Positions 12,201 to 24,860 of a stretch of DNA of 64,000 nt are shown here, in pieces. The notes below the pieces were generated by a model. It saw nothing but the letters and a program-made list of their open reading frames with translations. It had not been told where the DNA came from and did not search any database. Made by a program: the position numbers and the translations under genes. This DNA is from Octopus sinensis (taxonomy: Eukaryota). Positions within the stretch are counted from its first letter, which is position 1, and each line of letters begins with the position of its first letter. The DNA lies in contig NC_042998.1 of assembly GCF_006345805.1 (NCBI RefSeq), positions 129,518,001 through 129,582,000 of the forward strand. Direction: 5' to 3'.

Positions 12201-12654
12201 AAACAATGAAAAATGAATAAGCCCCCGCACTGTCGAAGCTGACTCGTTAATAAGTTTTAGCAGGTGATAAAATATACTGATGATGCATCGTATTTTGTTT
12301 TCGTTATCTATTTTGTTTCGCCGTGTTACATTTTTCCACTATGGTGTCATTTCATTCTTTGTACGATGGCGTCACAATATCTCCTTTTCCATTTGACACC
12401 TGGTGGTAATTAATAAAATTCTCTTTGCCTGCGAAAAAAATAAAAAATAAAAACGAAAAAAGAAGCGAACAAAAAATATTAAAAATGAAAAATATATGTC
12501 TTATAATTATTTCCTAATAATAAGCAACATAAACACGGCCAAGAAGAAGTTTGCAAAAAAACAAAAACAAATTATCATAACATTTTACATCAATATTCAG
12601 CCTTCGACACCCCTGACAAGTACAGAACTGTTTGTGCAGTTGATGCTGCCTCTG

Positions 12655-13062
12655 TAAATGATGGTCTTCACGATGATAATGATGATGATGATGATGATAT
12701 TGGTGGTGGTGGTGGTGGTGGTGGTGGTGGTGGTGGTGGTGGTGGAGGTGATGGCGATGGTGGTGGTGGTGATGGTGGTGGTGTTGGTAATGATGACGAT
12801 GATCATGATGGTGATGATGATAATAACGATGATGATTATAACGATGATGATGATAATGATGATAATGATGATGATGGTGATGCTAAACACAATGATGACG
12901 ACGATGTCAATAATGCCAATGATGATGATGATGATGATGATGACGACGATGTTATGGGTGGTAATGAAGCTGATGATGACGATGAAGATGATGCCGCTGA
13001 TGTGGAAGACAATGACGACGACAATGCCAATGATGATAATGATGGTGATGATGATATTGATG

Positions 13063-13094
<32 letters not shown>

Positions 13095-13541
13095 GATGAT
13101 GACGATATTGATGGTGGTGGTGGTGGTTGAGGTAATGATGATGATGGTGATGATAATGATGACGATGATGATGATGATGATGGTAATGATGATGCTAGTA
13201 ATGATGGCGATGATGCTGACGATGGCATGTTATAGTGAAATGGGTAAATGGTGTTGCAAAAGTAATATTCGATCATAGAATTAAATGAAGATTTCAAAAT
13301 TGTTTGGGAAATTTAATTCTTCATGAAATTTATTCTGTATATCGCTGGCTATAAAAGAACTATCATCGTCACTATCACAATATATATCTTTTCTATTCTA
13401 ACCTTTCTTTTTCTCATCCTCTTCATGGTCATGAGCCTGATCAGCATCATTATCATGATCCTCTCCTCCTCCACATGATGATGATGATGACAATCTTCCT
13501 CCTCCTCATCATCGTCATCGTCGTCGTCGTCATCGTCATCA

Positions 13542-13573
<32 letters not shown>

Positions 13574-13600
13574 GTCATCGTTATCATCATCGTCATTCCA
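12655..13600. repeat. Compound GAT/GGT and ATC/GTC microsatellite mosaic
   Basis: Direct reading. Confidence 0.93.
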
Positions 13601-13961
13601 ATAACAAGGAAGACTCGATGCTGTCTTTCGAAATGCTAGAATATCAACATTAAATGTTTTCTTTTATTTTTGTTTTTGTTTTTAGGGAATACATTGATTT
13701 CCCGACATGCATTTGATCAGAGCTTCCTTGGAGTATTATAGAAAAGCACTACCTCCTCATTGCATTCGTTGTCGTCGTCGTCAATGTTATCGATGCCAAC
13801 ACGACCGTTCTCGTTGTCATCATCTTCATCACCATCATCGTGGCTGTCGTCGTCATCATCATCATCATCATATACCGCCTGCCACCAATCATGACCGAAT
13901 CCGTATTCATCATGTATTTTTTTTTCGTGTGAATTCAGGTAATTTTCTACTGTGCTTCCAG

Positions 13962-14029
13962 GAATATGATTTGAGTGGAGTTATGTTTATTATAAGTACT
14001 AATTGCGCGAGTGGTCACTCAGAGGGCGT
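13962..14029 (+). CDS. Candidate 68-bp exon (EYDLSGVMFIISTNCASGHSEG)
   Basis: Acceptor tgtgcttccag, strong donor gtaagt; one open frame. Confidence 0.2.
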
Positions 14030-14289
14030 GTAAGTCCAACTGCTAGAAATAGCAGCTAAATTTCCTCAGTCACAACCTACCGTCTCATGTCAATAAAGCA
14101 CCTGTACATGATGAAATTCACTGTTTCACACCAACTGCGTATACATATATATATATATAATATATATATATATACGATAATAATCACATGTGATTATTAT
14201 TGTTTCATTCAGCAGCACGAAGACACAACCTCAACACAAATGGAGAAAAAAAATTATATTTTTCTTATCATTTATCAACATCGGTTACC

Positions 14290-14504
14290 AATTTTGGCAC
14301 AAGGCCAGTATTTCGTTTGAGAGAGTAAGTCGATTAAGTCTATTACATCAACCCAAGTACTCAACTGGTACTTATTTTATCGACCCCAAAAGGATGAAAG
14401 GCAAAGTCAATCTCGGCTGCATTTGAACTCAGAAGGTAAAGACAGACGAAATACCACCAAACATTTTGCCCGCCATGCTAACAATTCTGCCAGGTCATTG
14501 CCTT
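14290..14504 (-). mobile_element. SINE family B
   Basis: Reverse complement has ggcagaattgttagcatgg head, gagttcaaat B-box and gactttgcctttcatcc...gtcgataaaataagtaccag central domain. Confidence 0.85.
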
Positions 14505-14699
14505 TCTCTTCTCGTAACTTTAAAAACACATTACCAGAGACATCAAAACTGCCATAGGTGCCGGGACTCATTACTGTGTGTCTCTCACAGTAGTCTCACA
14601 TCCATAGCATAGCAAATGATGTACATAACAGTTATTCTTCATCAAGTCCAGAAAACTACCTCATTAAAAAAAAACTCTCTGTAGAGCTCTAGTAAGACA

Positions 14700-15000
14700 C
14701 ACTACGGAATATTGTACCTGAATGTCGAGCGGTACGGGTGCTACATATATAGGCGTCTTAGGCGGCTTTGAAAAAAAGGCCACTGTTTTAGTTTGCCTGA
14801 GTACTCCACTAATGCCCTCCAATTACTGACACACAAACATATTAAGTCCTCATCTAAATTATTCTGCAACTCTGGTGGCCTCTCGTATTACTTCCATTCA
14901 CACTCATCTCTCCTTCTCTTCTCAGCTAGGTTATTAAAACTTCTAAACTGCGATTATCACTTGACCCAAACTTTTCACCCTTGAACGTCAGCATACTCGA
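14700..15000 (+). pseudogene. Possible very old GIY-YIG endonuclease remnant
   Basis: NIV..EC....GATYIG at about 14708-14754; no other motif is secure. Confidence 0.25.
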
Positions 15001-15090
15001 GTTCTATCATTTCCAATAGCTTGTATGTGAAAGTTGGGTGACGGAATTGCGCGGAATCTATCGTATATATATATGCATACTTATGTGTAC

Positions 15091-15432
15091 GTGAAGGCGC
15101 ATGGCTCAGTGGTTAGAGCGTCGAGCTTACGAACGTGAGGTTGTGAGCTCGAATCCCGGACCGGGCTGCGTGTTGTGTTCTTGAGCAAGGCACTTTATTT
15201 CACGTTGCTCCAGTTCACTCAGCTGTAGAAATGAGTTGCGACGTCACTGGTGCCAAGCTGTATCGACCTTTGTCTTTCCCTTGGATAACACTGGTGGCGT
15301 GGAGAGGGGAGGCTGGTATGCATGGGCGACTGCTGGTCTTCCATAAACAACCTTGCCCGGACTTGTGTCTAGGAGGGTAACTTTCTAGGTGCAATCCCAT
15401 GGTCATTCATGACCGAAGGGGGTCTTTACCCT
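15091..15432 (+). mobile_element. SINE family A (tRNA-Arg-like head, CORE-like domain; resembles octopus OR-type SINEs)
   Basis: A-box tggctcagtgg, B-box gctcgaatcc, then ttgagcaaggcacttt...; closely similar copy at 51768-52105. Confidence 0.9.
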
Positions 15433-15519
15433 TTATGTGTGTGTACATATGTGTGTACATATGTATGAGTGTCCATATGTATGTGTGTATATATGTATGT
15501 GTGCCAACCTTTTACAGAT

Positions 15520-16760
15520 ATATATCAGCAAAATATGTTAACAACGATAAAAAACTGAAACAGCGACGCTTTCCAATGAAAATCGCATTCGTGGAATTGG
15601 TTAATCCTTTGTGAGTTTTACCGACATAAACAAAGAGAACCAGTGTCTGCCATGATGGAACCATATAACAAATGACGCTGTTGTTTACGAACTCCGACAC
15701 AAATTGATGAAAATTATCCATAATCAACTGATGTGGCTGAAGGGAGATAAGTGCATCTATTTTCTTCATCTTTATTCTCAGGATCATTTTATTCTCTTTA
15801 GATTGGATTCATCTTTTCCTATAATAGATGGTTTAGTATCATTTGAATATTGCCCTTATCACCTTCCTAGAGAATCACTGCTTCATAATTCTTTCTTGAA
15901 AACAAAGTGATGTCTACATTTGCGTCATGGTATCTTTAAAGATTGATACTTTTTTAAAGCGTTCTAAATTTTCGACGTTTGCTATATTGATATTTTCTAT
16001 GTTTATTAGATCTTCTCTGGAATCTTTTGTTCCTAATGCTATTTAATACTTACTAAACATTTACAAAACACTGATCTGATAAGTAAAAGAGCTCTTTTCT
16101 TTTCATTAAACAGCATCTCAAGCAACATTACATCTGCTTATTTGCCTGGTTCTATAATGTTTCAATACTGTTAGCGATGGATTTCGATGTTATTACTTTT
16201 TTGTCAATAAAATATATATAGGGTAGCGTCGATTGCATTTCCCCATTCCAATAAAATCTTCAGTTTTATTAAAGTGACAAATTAAGATTATGCATCAATG
16301 CGGTTATTGGTTAACAAAAGACCATGAAAGAAATATTTGCTTAGCGTGCCTAAAAGTGTGATAGAACCGGTGACCAATGTAATCGCAAAGTGAATTTATA
16401 AATGTACCTTCAGCCAGACTTATTTTTTGCAAAGTTGTTTCCTTTATATTACAAAAAAAAAGTTTCTTATAATGAAGAAGTCAAATCATCGAAAACGTTA
16501 CACTGGAAAGAGAGAAAATATTCTTTTAAATCTATTGATATCTCCTCCCAGTGTCTTTATTTCAATTATTACTGATTTTCTAATAATGCCTAAGGAATTA
16601 CACTCTGCGGAAGAAACTATTCTTCTTAGAGATGCATTATTCTTGGTAAATGTTGTTGTCATCAAACGGAATTTAAACGGAATTGTCCTTCTTTTTATGG
16701 CTTTACACACTTTGAAACAATTTCCACAAGACATATTTTACTACTCCCGCACGCCTGTAT
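15520..16760 (-). pseudogene. Possible highly decayed Penelope-like element remnant
   Basis: Minus-strand FVYVGKTHKGL preceded by CRSS..FVI resembles the GIY-YIG N-terminal motif; the rest cannot be aligned by eye. Confidence 0.25.
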
Positions 16761-19365
16761 GAATACATATATAAGCACACACACACATGCACGTGACATG
16801 TATGGAAACGGACTAAAACGTTTACACGCGAATACACAAAACTCAAAGCATTTACGCATACTGTACGCGCAGCACTTATAAGTGTTCGGAGAGATACCAA
16901 CCTGGTCTGGTTATCTAAATGTTTGCTCGATACCAACAAACAAGCAGAAGCATATAGGAATACACATTGACATCCACATGCTTGCATACAAGCACGCAGA
17001 TAAACCTGCACATGCATAGAATATCAGAAACCAATTGACATTGTCAAGCCTAAACAATGACATAAGCAGATAAGAACACATCCCCTATCAAGAACACAGA
17101 TACACATATACATAGAGACACATGGATGCCTATATACAGACACTCACACATATACGCAACAGCATCATCCATTCAATCATTTGGAGTACTGCTGGCTCAT
17201 GAGAAGCCTTGAACTATTACTGCATCGCGAAAATACTTAGGAAATCTCTCGTTGCAACGATTTCTCACTTAGTGAAATCCCATTTTATTGCAAACTTCAT
17301 AGATGTAAATTGTGCTTACACCGGTTGCTGTTTTATGGGAATGTTCACAGTATACTTTATTTCTAAAAGTGTTAGTAGTCTCTGATTCTGGTGTCTTTAG
17401 ACATGCATATACATAGGGATATATACACGTATATACATAAGTGTGAGTGTATGTGTGTGTGAGGGGCGGCTATAGATATCTTTTCCCGTGTAGTTCTGTA
17501 TATTTTGTCTTATCTATGTGCAGACTGTCATTAGTTTGCATGTCTAGATAGGTGCACGTATATGCTTCACTTCTGGATTAGTTTCCATATTTTAAAAGGC
17601 TCCGTAATAGTTTGCACTTGTAATTCCCTATTTACGCGTCTTAGCTTTGTAAAATCCTACATTTTAAGATTTGGATGTAAGGCAGTTAGTATCTCAATAA
17701 TTATGTTTAGAAATCTGATGTTATATTCTGGCTAAACTAATTAGATTTCTCATTAGTCCACTATAGATGTTTTATCTTACATTTATCCTGGACACCATAT
17801 TAACATCTCTGATCACCATGAATGGTCTTCTTTGCCTGTATTTAACAAATGTTTTGAGGCATTCCATAACTATTCCTTCATAATATGAGTGTATATTCCC
17901 TACACGAAACTATATCTTATTATATTTGATAACCTCAGGATTATTCTTTACATAGATTATGGCCATGATATAAAATATGGTGATGACATTTCCTAATAGT
18001 TACACATGATATGAATAACATCTGTATCGCCTCAGTATCGCGGCTAAGTGTTATATTTGTATCTATATCGTATTTGCACATCAGGTATATTGTTGCTATC
18101 TTTTATTCCTTTTTTGAAAAAGCATATTCTTCAAAGTGAGAGCTAACACCTCGAATATTAGTCTAAGATTAATTACTGTGTTTATCATTATTGCTGTCAT
18201 TTTGAAGAATCCTGACAATAATGTCATACAAGATTTGTTTAGATGCATATATCTTTTGTTATGATAACCTGTGGAAGTGAATATGTGAAACTTCTGTGGA
18301 TGTATGAGCAGGTCATCAGACAACGAATACCTTTCTATGTGTTTCTCTAAAGCTGTCGCATTATTCTCTGCCTCATGAACACCGACTTGAACCATGAGCA
18401 CACTTAAACACTTGCCGATTAGTAGATGTTGTCGAAATGATATGCTGCATTCAAAAGCTGTTTGCATAAAATATTGTTTACCTTACTCGATGTTATCTTT
18501 CGAATTTTCCCCGGATATATTGATGCTGTCGTGTCGAACCATATATTTTGCAGTAAATTCTTGCCCAGGAAATTTGAGGTTTACACTAATATTGCTACGA
18601 TCTGGAACAAAATTATACTTTAATGAATATAATTAGAAGGATTACCCGTTATTTAACAAAACTGATAGTCTTGGCATTAACGTAAAAGAAGATATATTCT
18701 ATGAATAGACTCCCATACCAAATAGACAACTACTCACACCGAGTTTAAGTGTATGAATATGCATATATGTACGTATAAACACATATCTGTGTTTGTGTGT
18801 ATGTATGATTGCCTGTGGATATTTATGCTCCCTTTCTCTATTTTTAAAATTTCATTTCTTCCAATAAAGAAGTGGTTGCTTTCAGACAAAAAATACAAAG
18901 CAACATCGCTAGAATTTTGCAGTGACAACTGCAGATAATTATTGCTTCTTTTTCATTTTATTAAATGATGAATTTGCATAGTACAAGTTTAGAGGCCATT
19001 TTCCGACCTAAGAATCTCAAACTGTCTAGATTACAATTCCAACATTCAGTTTACTAAGCGTTATGAGTAAATGTATAACTTCTTAATCTTGAGAGAGATA
19101 GTTTGCGAAGAATTTACCTATAAATATTATTCTAGCTAATATTGATTGAAATGTTGACATCTGAAGGAACCGTAAACACTACAGGAGAGCACATGTTTTC
19201 TTTTCAGCCCAAAGCAATATCAGGTATCTCAGTTATCATTTAACTTATTTTGATGGGTATGTTTCACGTATATTTCTTTGTTTGATGGAAAAGTATGCAT
19301 GTTCTCAGCATCAGATTTTAATACATCCCTACATGCATATATGTATATATGCATTAAGTGTATAT

Positions 19366-19470
<105 letters not shown>

Positions 19471-19485
19471 TATACATATATATAC

Positions 19486-19538
<53 letters not shown>

Positions 19539-19592
19539 TACATACTGATATTGAAATATATATATAAATAATATTACATATTCTTCTATTAT

Positions 19593-19972
19593 TCTTTTGT
19601 TTCAGTCATTTGACAGCGCCCATGCTGGAGCACCGCCTTTAGTTGAACAAATCAACCCCAGGACTTATTCTTTGTAAGCTTAGTACTTATTATATCGGTA
19701 TTGTTGCCGAACTGCTAAGTTACAGGGCATAAACTTACCAGCGTCGGTTGTCAAGCGATGACTAGTGGACAAATACAGATACACACACACACACACAAAC
19801 ACACATACACAAACACACGCATCAACACACATATATATACATATATAGATATAAGACGGATTTCTTTCAGTTTCAATCTACAAATCCACCCACAACGCTA
19901 TGATCGACCTGAGGCTATAGTAGAAGACACTTGCCCAAGGTGTCACGCAGCTGGACTGAACCCGAAACCTTG
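19593..19972 (-). mobile_element. SINE family C, head truncated
   Basis: Colinear with the full copy at 63571-63945 (tttcagtcatttgac...ctggagcaccgcc...gacacttgcccaaggtg). Confidence 0.9.
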
Positions 19973-19974
19973 TT

Positions 19975-20480
19975 TAGAGCTTATAAGTGATCACCATATG
20001 TAAATAATCTAATATTAAAGTATATAAGCCCTCGTTAGAAAACGTAAGGCTGTCTGTACGCCTTGGACTCGAACCCACGCCTCCATGTTTTGGCGACAAG
20101 TGTGCTACCGTTACACCAGCTCACCCGTAGCCAGATTTAAGAACTATAATTTCATAGTGTAGTTTTTATAAAGAAACATACCTGAGTGTTGTCTGCGATG
20201 ATTTTTTTTAAACGGTGTCGATTTTACAATTCTATAAATAATAATAATATAAGTTTAAAGCTTATAAACGATCACCGTGCATAACGGTAGCACAAAGGTG
20301 TGGGTTGGAGTTCTACACGTACGGACAACCCTACAGTTTTCGCCTATGACTTATATGCCCCGATATTAGACTTTTTACTTTAGTCAACACACGGTAATCG
20401 CTTACAAGCTTTAAGCTTATAAAATATCAATTACAGATTTGTAAAATCGATACTGCTTATCAAAAACAAAAAAATCACAT
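19975..20480. mobile_element. Cluster of three fragments of a fourth tRNA-headed repeat in opposing orientations
   Basis: Minus copy 19975-20125 (ggtgtaacggtagcaca...gggttcgagtcc), minus tail 20190-20279, plus copy 20277-20480. Confidence 0.65.
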
Positions 20481-20917
20481 TAAAATGCACAGCCCCTCAT
20501 TTTAATGTAAATATCCATAAATGCAAGTTGTGTATAAGTGAGTCCTATATTATTCTTAACTCATATCGACCAAAACTATTAAATAAACTCTCTGATGTAA
20601 TCACATTTTGCAATCAAATTTTTTTCTACATTCCTGAAAATATACAAAGATAAAATTTAGCTTATTTGATGACCACTTGTTTGCCTGCCTGGTTTTGAAA
20701 AAGGATAATGATTGAAATAATTTCTAGATACTAGCCGCCTGTTTGATAGCGGTAAAAAATTATGAATTATAGACTAATTCTTGCTGATACTATCATAATT
20801 TTTTTAATGCGGAGGCCTGTTAATTTTTAATTGGTACGCACTCTATATTATATGTTTCTCCTTTCCTTGTAATAATGATAGATTACCAGAATGTGAAACC
20901 TCTTTGATGAAGAGATT

Positions 20918-21005
20918 TTTTCATGATGAAGGGTCCATTGCCGGTTTGTTGTTTTATTGTGCTTTGGATTGTGACAGTGGCGTCTGAAACGGTCGTAGAC
21001 TTTAC
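20918..21005 (+). ncRNA. Degenerate hammerhead-like motif with long stem II
   Basis: ATGATGA-A-GGGTCCATTG...CAGTGG-C-GTCT-GAAA-CGG-TC; C3 is lost and stem I is weak. Confidence 0.3.
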
Positions 21006-21639
21006 ATTATTCTGAATTCCTTTTACCTTTGTAAAATTCCTTCTTTCACTTCTTTCATGGACATTATTCCGAATTTCTTTTACGTTTAATAGTTTAACTA
21101 TCTTATATTTTTAGTCGCTTCGCTATATATACATTCATATTTTCTTCATGTATTTTTCTTCATACGCATAATTTTTTACAGGTTACGTGCTTGTGGATTT
21201 AATCGCTTCATTGTAAATTTCGTTGCAAAACTATATTCTACGTCAGTCTCCTGGATTGCAGGAAATTATCTACGCACGTATACACTTCGAATGCATGTAT
21301 ATATGTATGGGTGGATGGATGAGCGCTTGTGTGAATTTAAAATATAAATTAAGTCTATTGAATTTGTGAAGCATTTTTCTTCGTGCACATCATATGCAAT
21401 GCTTTTGGACCGTATTCAATAATTTGTGGTGCAACTTATTACTGTTTGTTATCCTGCTCACTATAAGTAACTTACTTTCGTCCACAATATCTGATGTTGT
21501 CCATCTTGGTGCCTTCCAGGCACATTGACTTGTTCATCACAGTTGCCTCCACTTATTTCCCAGACAATCATACTTACTTGCTGTTCTCCTTCTTGACGAC
21601 GAATAAACCCTAAATGTGATCTCGAATTACATTAATTTT

Positions 21640-21850
21640 TAAACTTCGTTTTGATATCGATAATCAATTTCAGCTTGTATTCCATGGAAGGAAATGAAAT
21701 TCTGTGATCCTCTCCGCCATTGAGAATCTGAGCCATTTTGATAAGATTCTCTGCAAGCTTACTTCTAATTAACGGAATGTTTTTCTAGTCATAAACCAGC
21801 AACGTTTAAGAGAACCACAGATATCAAAGATATTCTGGATTCGTAAGGCA
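21640..21850 (+). pseudogene. Possible Penelope-like linker remnant
   Basis: ATFKRTTDIKDILDS at 21799 resembles SFKRTHNLRDLLVHS of the adjacent element. Confidence 0.25.
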
Positions 21851-22124
21851 AATATGTTTTTGATAAAAATCATGAAAATTACAGACAATAAAGCAAACGA
21901 AAAAGAAATCAACAAGACTTAGTGTCGATATGTTTCTGTAAAAAAGAAAAAAGAAAAAGACCAGCTCTAAAATGTTTCGATATTTTAATAAACATCTTCA
22001 CGTAATGTCAGATGGCGAGTGTGCATATTTCCTATTAATAAAAAAAGCTTCTGTTAACGACAAAAATGAACATAATTGCAAGAAATATGTATGCGTGTAT
22101 ATATATATATATATATATATGGTA

Positions 22125-22157
<33 letters not shown>

Positions 22158-22160
<3 letters not shown>

Positions 22161-24860
22161 TGATGTGTTAGTTGCTGTCGTGGTGTGTGGTGGAGATGTG
22201 GATGTGGGATGGCTATGTGGATGTGAGGTGGATGTGTGGGGTTAGGTGTGGGTGGAGGTTGTATCTATGAAGACAGAGTGTGGGTACGACTGAAGAGAGG
22301 AAGTAGGTATCAGAGGAAGAGTGGAGATTAGGGGAGTCAGGTGAAGAAAGTAGTTCAGTTGAGTCCATGTGGCGAAATGGAGCGAAGAGAGAAGATTCAT
22401 TTCTGTTCACGGCGTAGGCGGGAGTCCGGATGGCCCCTGTGCAAACACAATCCGAACACAGACAGACCTTGCAGTGAATGACCGGTAGAGCGGAAATGGC
22501 GTGAGACTGGGGTGTCATTGCGGAGTTTGCTGTCTCGGAGGTGCTCTGCGCATCGGTCAGCCAAGTGGCGTCCCGTTTGGCCGATGTACTGAGAAGGGCA
22601 GAAAAAGCGTAAAGTGCAGGTAAAGTAGTCGGTTATATGATAGGGACGCTGATGGATGCCTGTGAGGATGGTGGTGCTGGAGAGGTAGGGGAAAGACGGT
22701 AGCGTGGACAGGAGCAGAGGAAGGAGCCAGCTTGGGACGTGAGGTTAAGCGAGAAACTGTGGACCAGAAGGTCACGCAAGTTGTGGGTTCGTTTGAAGGA
22801 GACGTGCGAAGTGGAGGGGTCGGACTGGAGTCGCCGGAGAATCGTGAGTTGGAAGGGCAGGGTGAAGGGTGGTAGGAGAGGGCAAACGGGAGAAAGTCAA
22901 CGGCAGGGTAGGTGTGGGGAGAGAGAACAGATGCACGGTCCACGAAATATGCTCTGGCAAGGGCTGTGTGGATAGTGGTGAGGAGATAACCACGAAGGAT
23001 GAAGTGGCGAGTCATGAGTTGAAACTGAGTCTCAAATTCATGGTTGACGCTTCAGAGCCTACGCAGATGGAGGAATTTGGAGTAGGGGTGGAGAGCTTGG
23101 TGTCGGTAAGGTAGGAGGAGGAGAAGTTAAGGTATGAGTATGATTCGGCGTGTTTCTAGTGGACGGATTTAATGGGAGCGGAACAATGTATGTTGACCGA
23201 AATGTCGAGAAATGTGACGGAGGTATTGGAAATAGTGCAGGAGAGTTCGAGGGCAGCATTGAAGGATTGGACAAAGGAGAGCAAGGAGTCTAGTTGTTCG
23301 CGGGAGAGTAAGGTTGCACTGATACAGTTATCAATATAACGAACGTATAGTTCCGGGGTGGAACTAGTGAATCATGAGAATATTTGGGCCTCAACGTAGC
23401 CAACGAACAGGTTCGCATACTTGGGGTCCATTCTCCTTCCCATGGCCACTCCTAAGAACTATTGGGAAAAATCCCCCGCGAACAAGAAGCTGTTGAGGGA
23501 GAGAACAAGTTCGGCGAGACGAAGTGTGGAGGAGTCAGGTTGGGGGTTGGGTCGAAGGTCTAGAAAGTGTTTGAGTGCAAGCAATTCTTCGTTGTGTGGG
23601 ATCACCGTATATAGACTCTTGGTATCCAGATTGATGAGTAGTTTAGAGTGGCCATGGGGCAAGGAGAAAGAGTTGAAGAGACGGAGAGCATGGTTAGTGT
23701 CATGGACGTGGGAGGGGAGGGAAGCCATGAGGTAGGGACAAAATCACGGTCGAGTTATTTTGAGATCAATTCCGTGGGGCAGTTACAGGCGGAGACGATG
23801 GGGCGGCCAGGATTGTTGTGCTTGTGGATTTGGGAAGGAATTAAATGGTGTGTTGTGTGAACTGTGGTCAATGAGGCTAGAGGCAGTGGGAGAGAGAGAG
23901 GAGGAGGAGGAGACGAGGTCATGGATAGTGGAGGACACAGTCTATTGGTAGTTATGCGTGGGGTTGGAGGGCCGAGGGCAATAGAAGTAGGTGTTCTGAA
24001 GTTGGCGGAGTGCTTCAGACTTTTAGAGCTCTGCGCGCCACACCACCACGGTTCCACTCTTGTTAGTCGGTTTTTTGATGATATCCTTGCGGCGACGGAG
24101 ACATCGAAGGGCCGAGAATTCGGTCGGGGAGATGTTAAAATATCGGGGACGCCTGCTTAAGTTAAACCGTTCCACAACACGTTGGCATATGCTTGCAAAA
24201 TGATCGACTGCTTGGAATTGGCCAGGAGCTGGCATCCAGTGGGATAGTTTGCGGCCCAGGTCGGTGAAGCAGGCCTCTTCATTATATACAGTAGGTGTAT
24301 TGTGGAATAGTGCATGTAGCATCACGCGGCGCACAAAGCTATTAATATCAGCAATCCTCTGAAATTCGTTACTGGATGGAGTGAGGGAAATGAAGCGCAG
24401 ACTCTTACTGAGAGGAACGCGTTCCGTCTCAGAGACGGGAAGATCAAGGGAAATGGTAACAATGGACGTGAGAGGGGTAGTGGAAGGATGGGAGGAGAGG
24501 AGAAGTCAGTTCGTGGAGATGTTGGAGTAACGGAAGGATTGGGGTGAGGATGAGGGAGGAGTTATCGGGGAAGCGGGTGTAGTGGCATCGGGTAGGACAG
24601 AATGAAAGAGTGAGTGGAGTTTATGTTGTTTAGTGCGAGCGAGGAACTCGTAGAAAATATCATTTAAATGGATTATGAAGCGTAGTGTGGAATGTGCAAA
24701 GGAAGGTGAAAGAGAGGAGAAAAAGGTGGAATAAGCGAGATGGAGAAGGCGGTCAAGGGTGTGTATTTTGGAGAGATTAGAATGAATGATGCCACACATA
24801 AGGCGTCATGAAGTAGCATGGAGTATGGGTAGGATGTCAGAAGGAGAGTGGAACACACAC
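22158..24860 (-). mobile_element. Penelope-like retroelement (Neptune-type RT + Cys linker + GIY-YIG), near-full ORF, multiply disrupted
   Basis: IIKKPTNKSGTVVVW; HHLIPSQIHKHNNPGRPIVSACNCPTE; LINLDTKSLYTVIPH; VAMGRRMDPKYANLFVGYVE; RYIDNC (catalytic DD mutated to DN); FKRTHNLRDLLVH; GSFLCSCPR; YIGQTGRHLADRCAEH...PHGLN. Confidence 0.92.

Noticed and set aside
12601-12653. Additional AG...GT exon candidate (FDTPDKYRTVCAVDAAS or PSTPLTSTELFVQLML)
   Set aside because: Weak polypyrimidine tract, and its phases do not fit the other candidate exons.
15096-15170. tRNA-Arg gene
   Set aside because: A and B boxes are present but the acceptor stem does not pair, and the sequence continues into a SINE body also found at 32045 and 51768.
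17600-18640. Second decayed Penelope RT on the minus strand
   Set aside because: Only vague motif echoes; it could not be aligned convincingly by eye. A profile-HMM search of the six-frame translation would decide.
20050-20125. tRNA gene on the minus strand
   Set aside because: No closed cloverleaf; it is the head of a repeat with a second decayed copy at 20277.
20190-20480. Transib/RSS-like CACGGTG terminal inverted repeats
   Set aside because: The heptamers sit at the inner ends and point outward, and no nonamer or 5-bp TSD is visible.
21970-22010. Hammerhead on minus (GTGAAGA...GAAACAT)
   Set aside because: The only good helix consumes core G8/A9, and C3 is lost.
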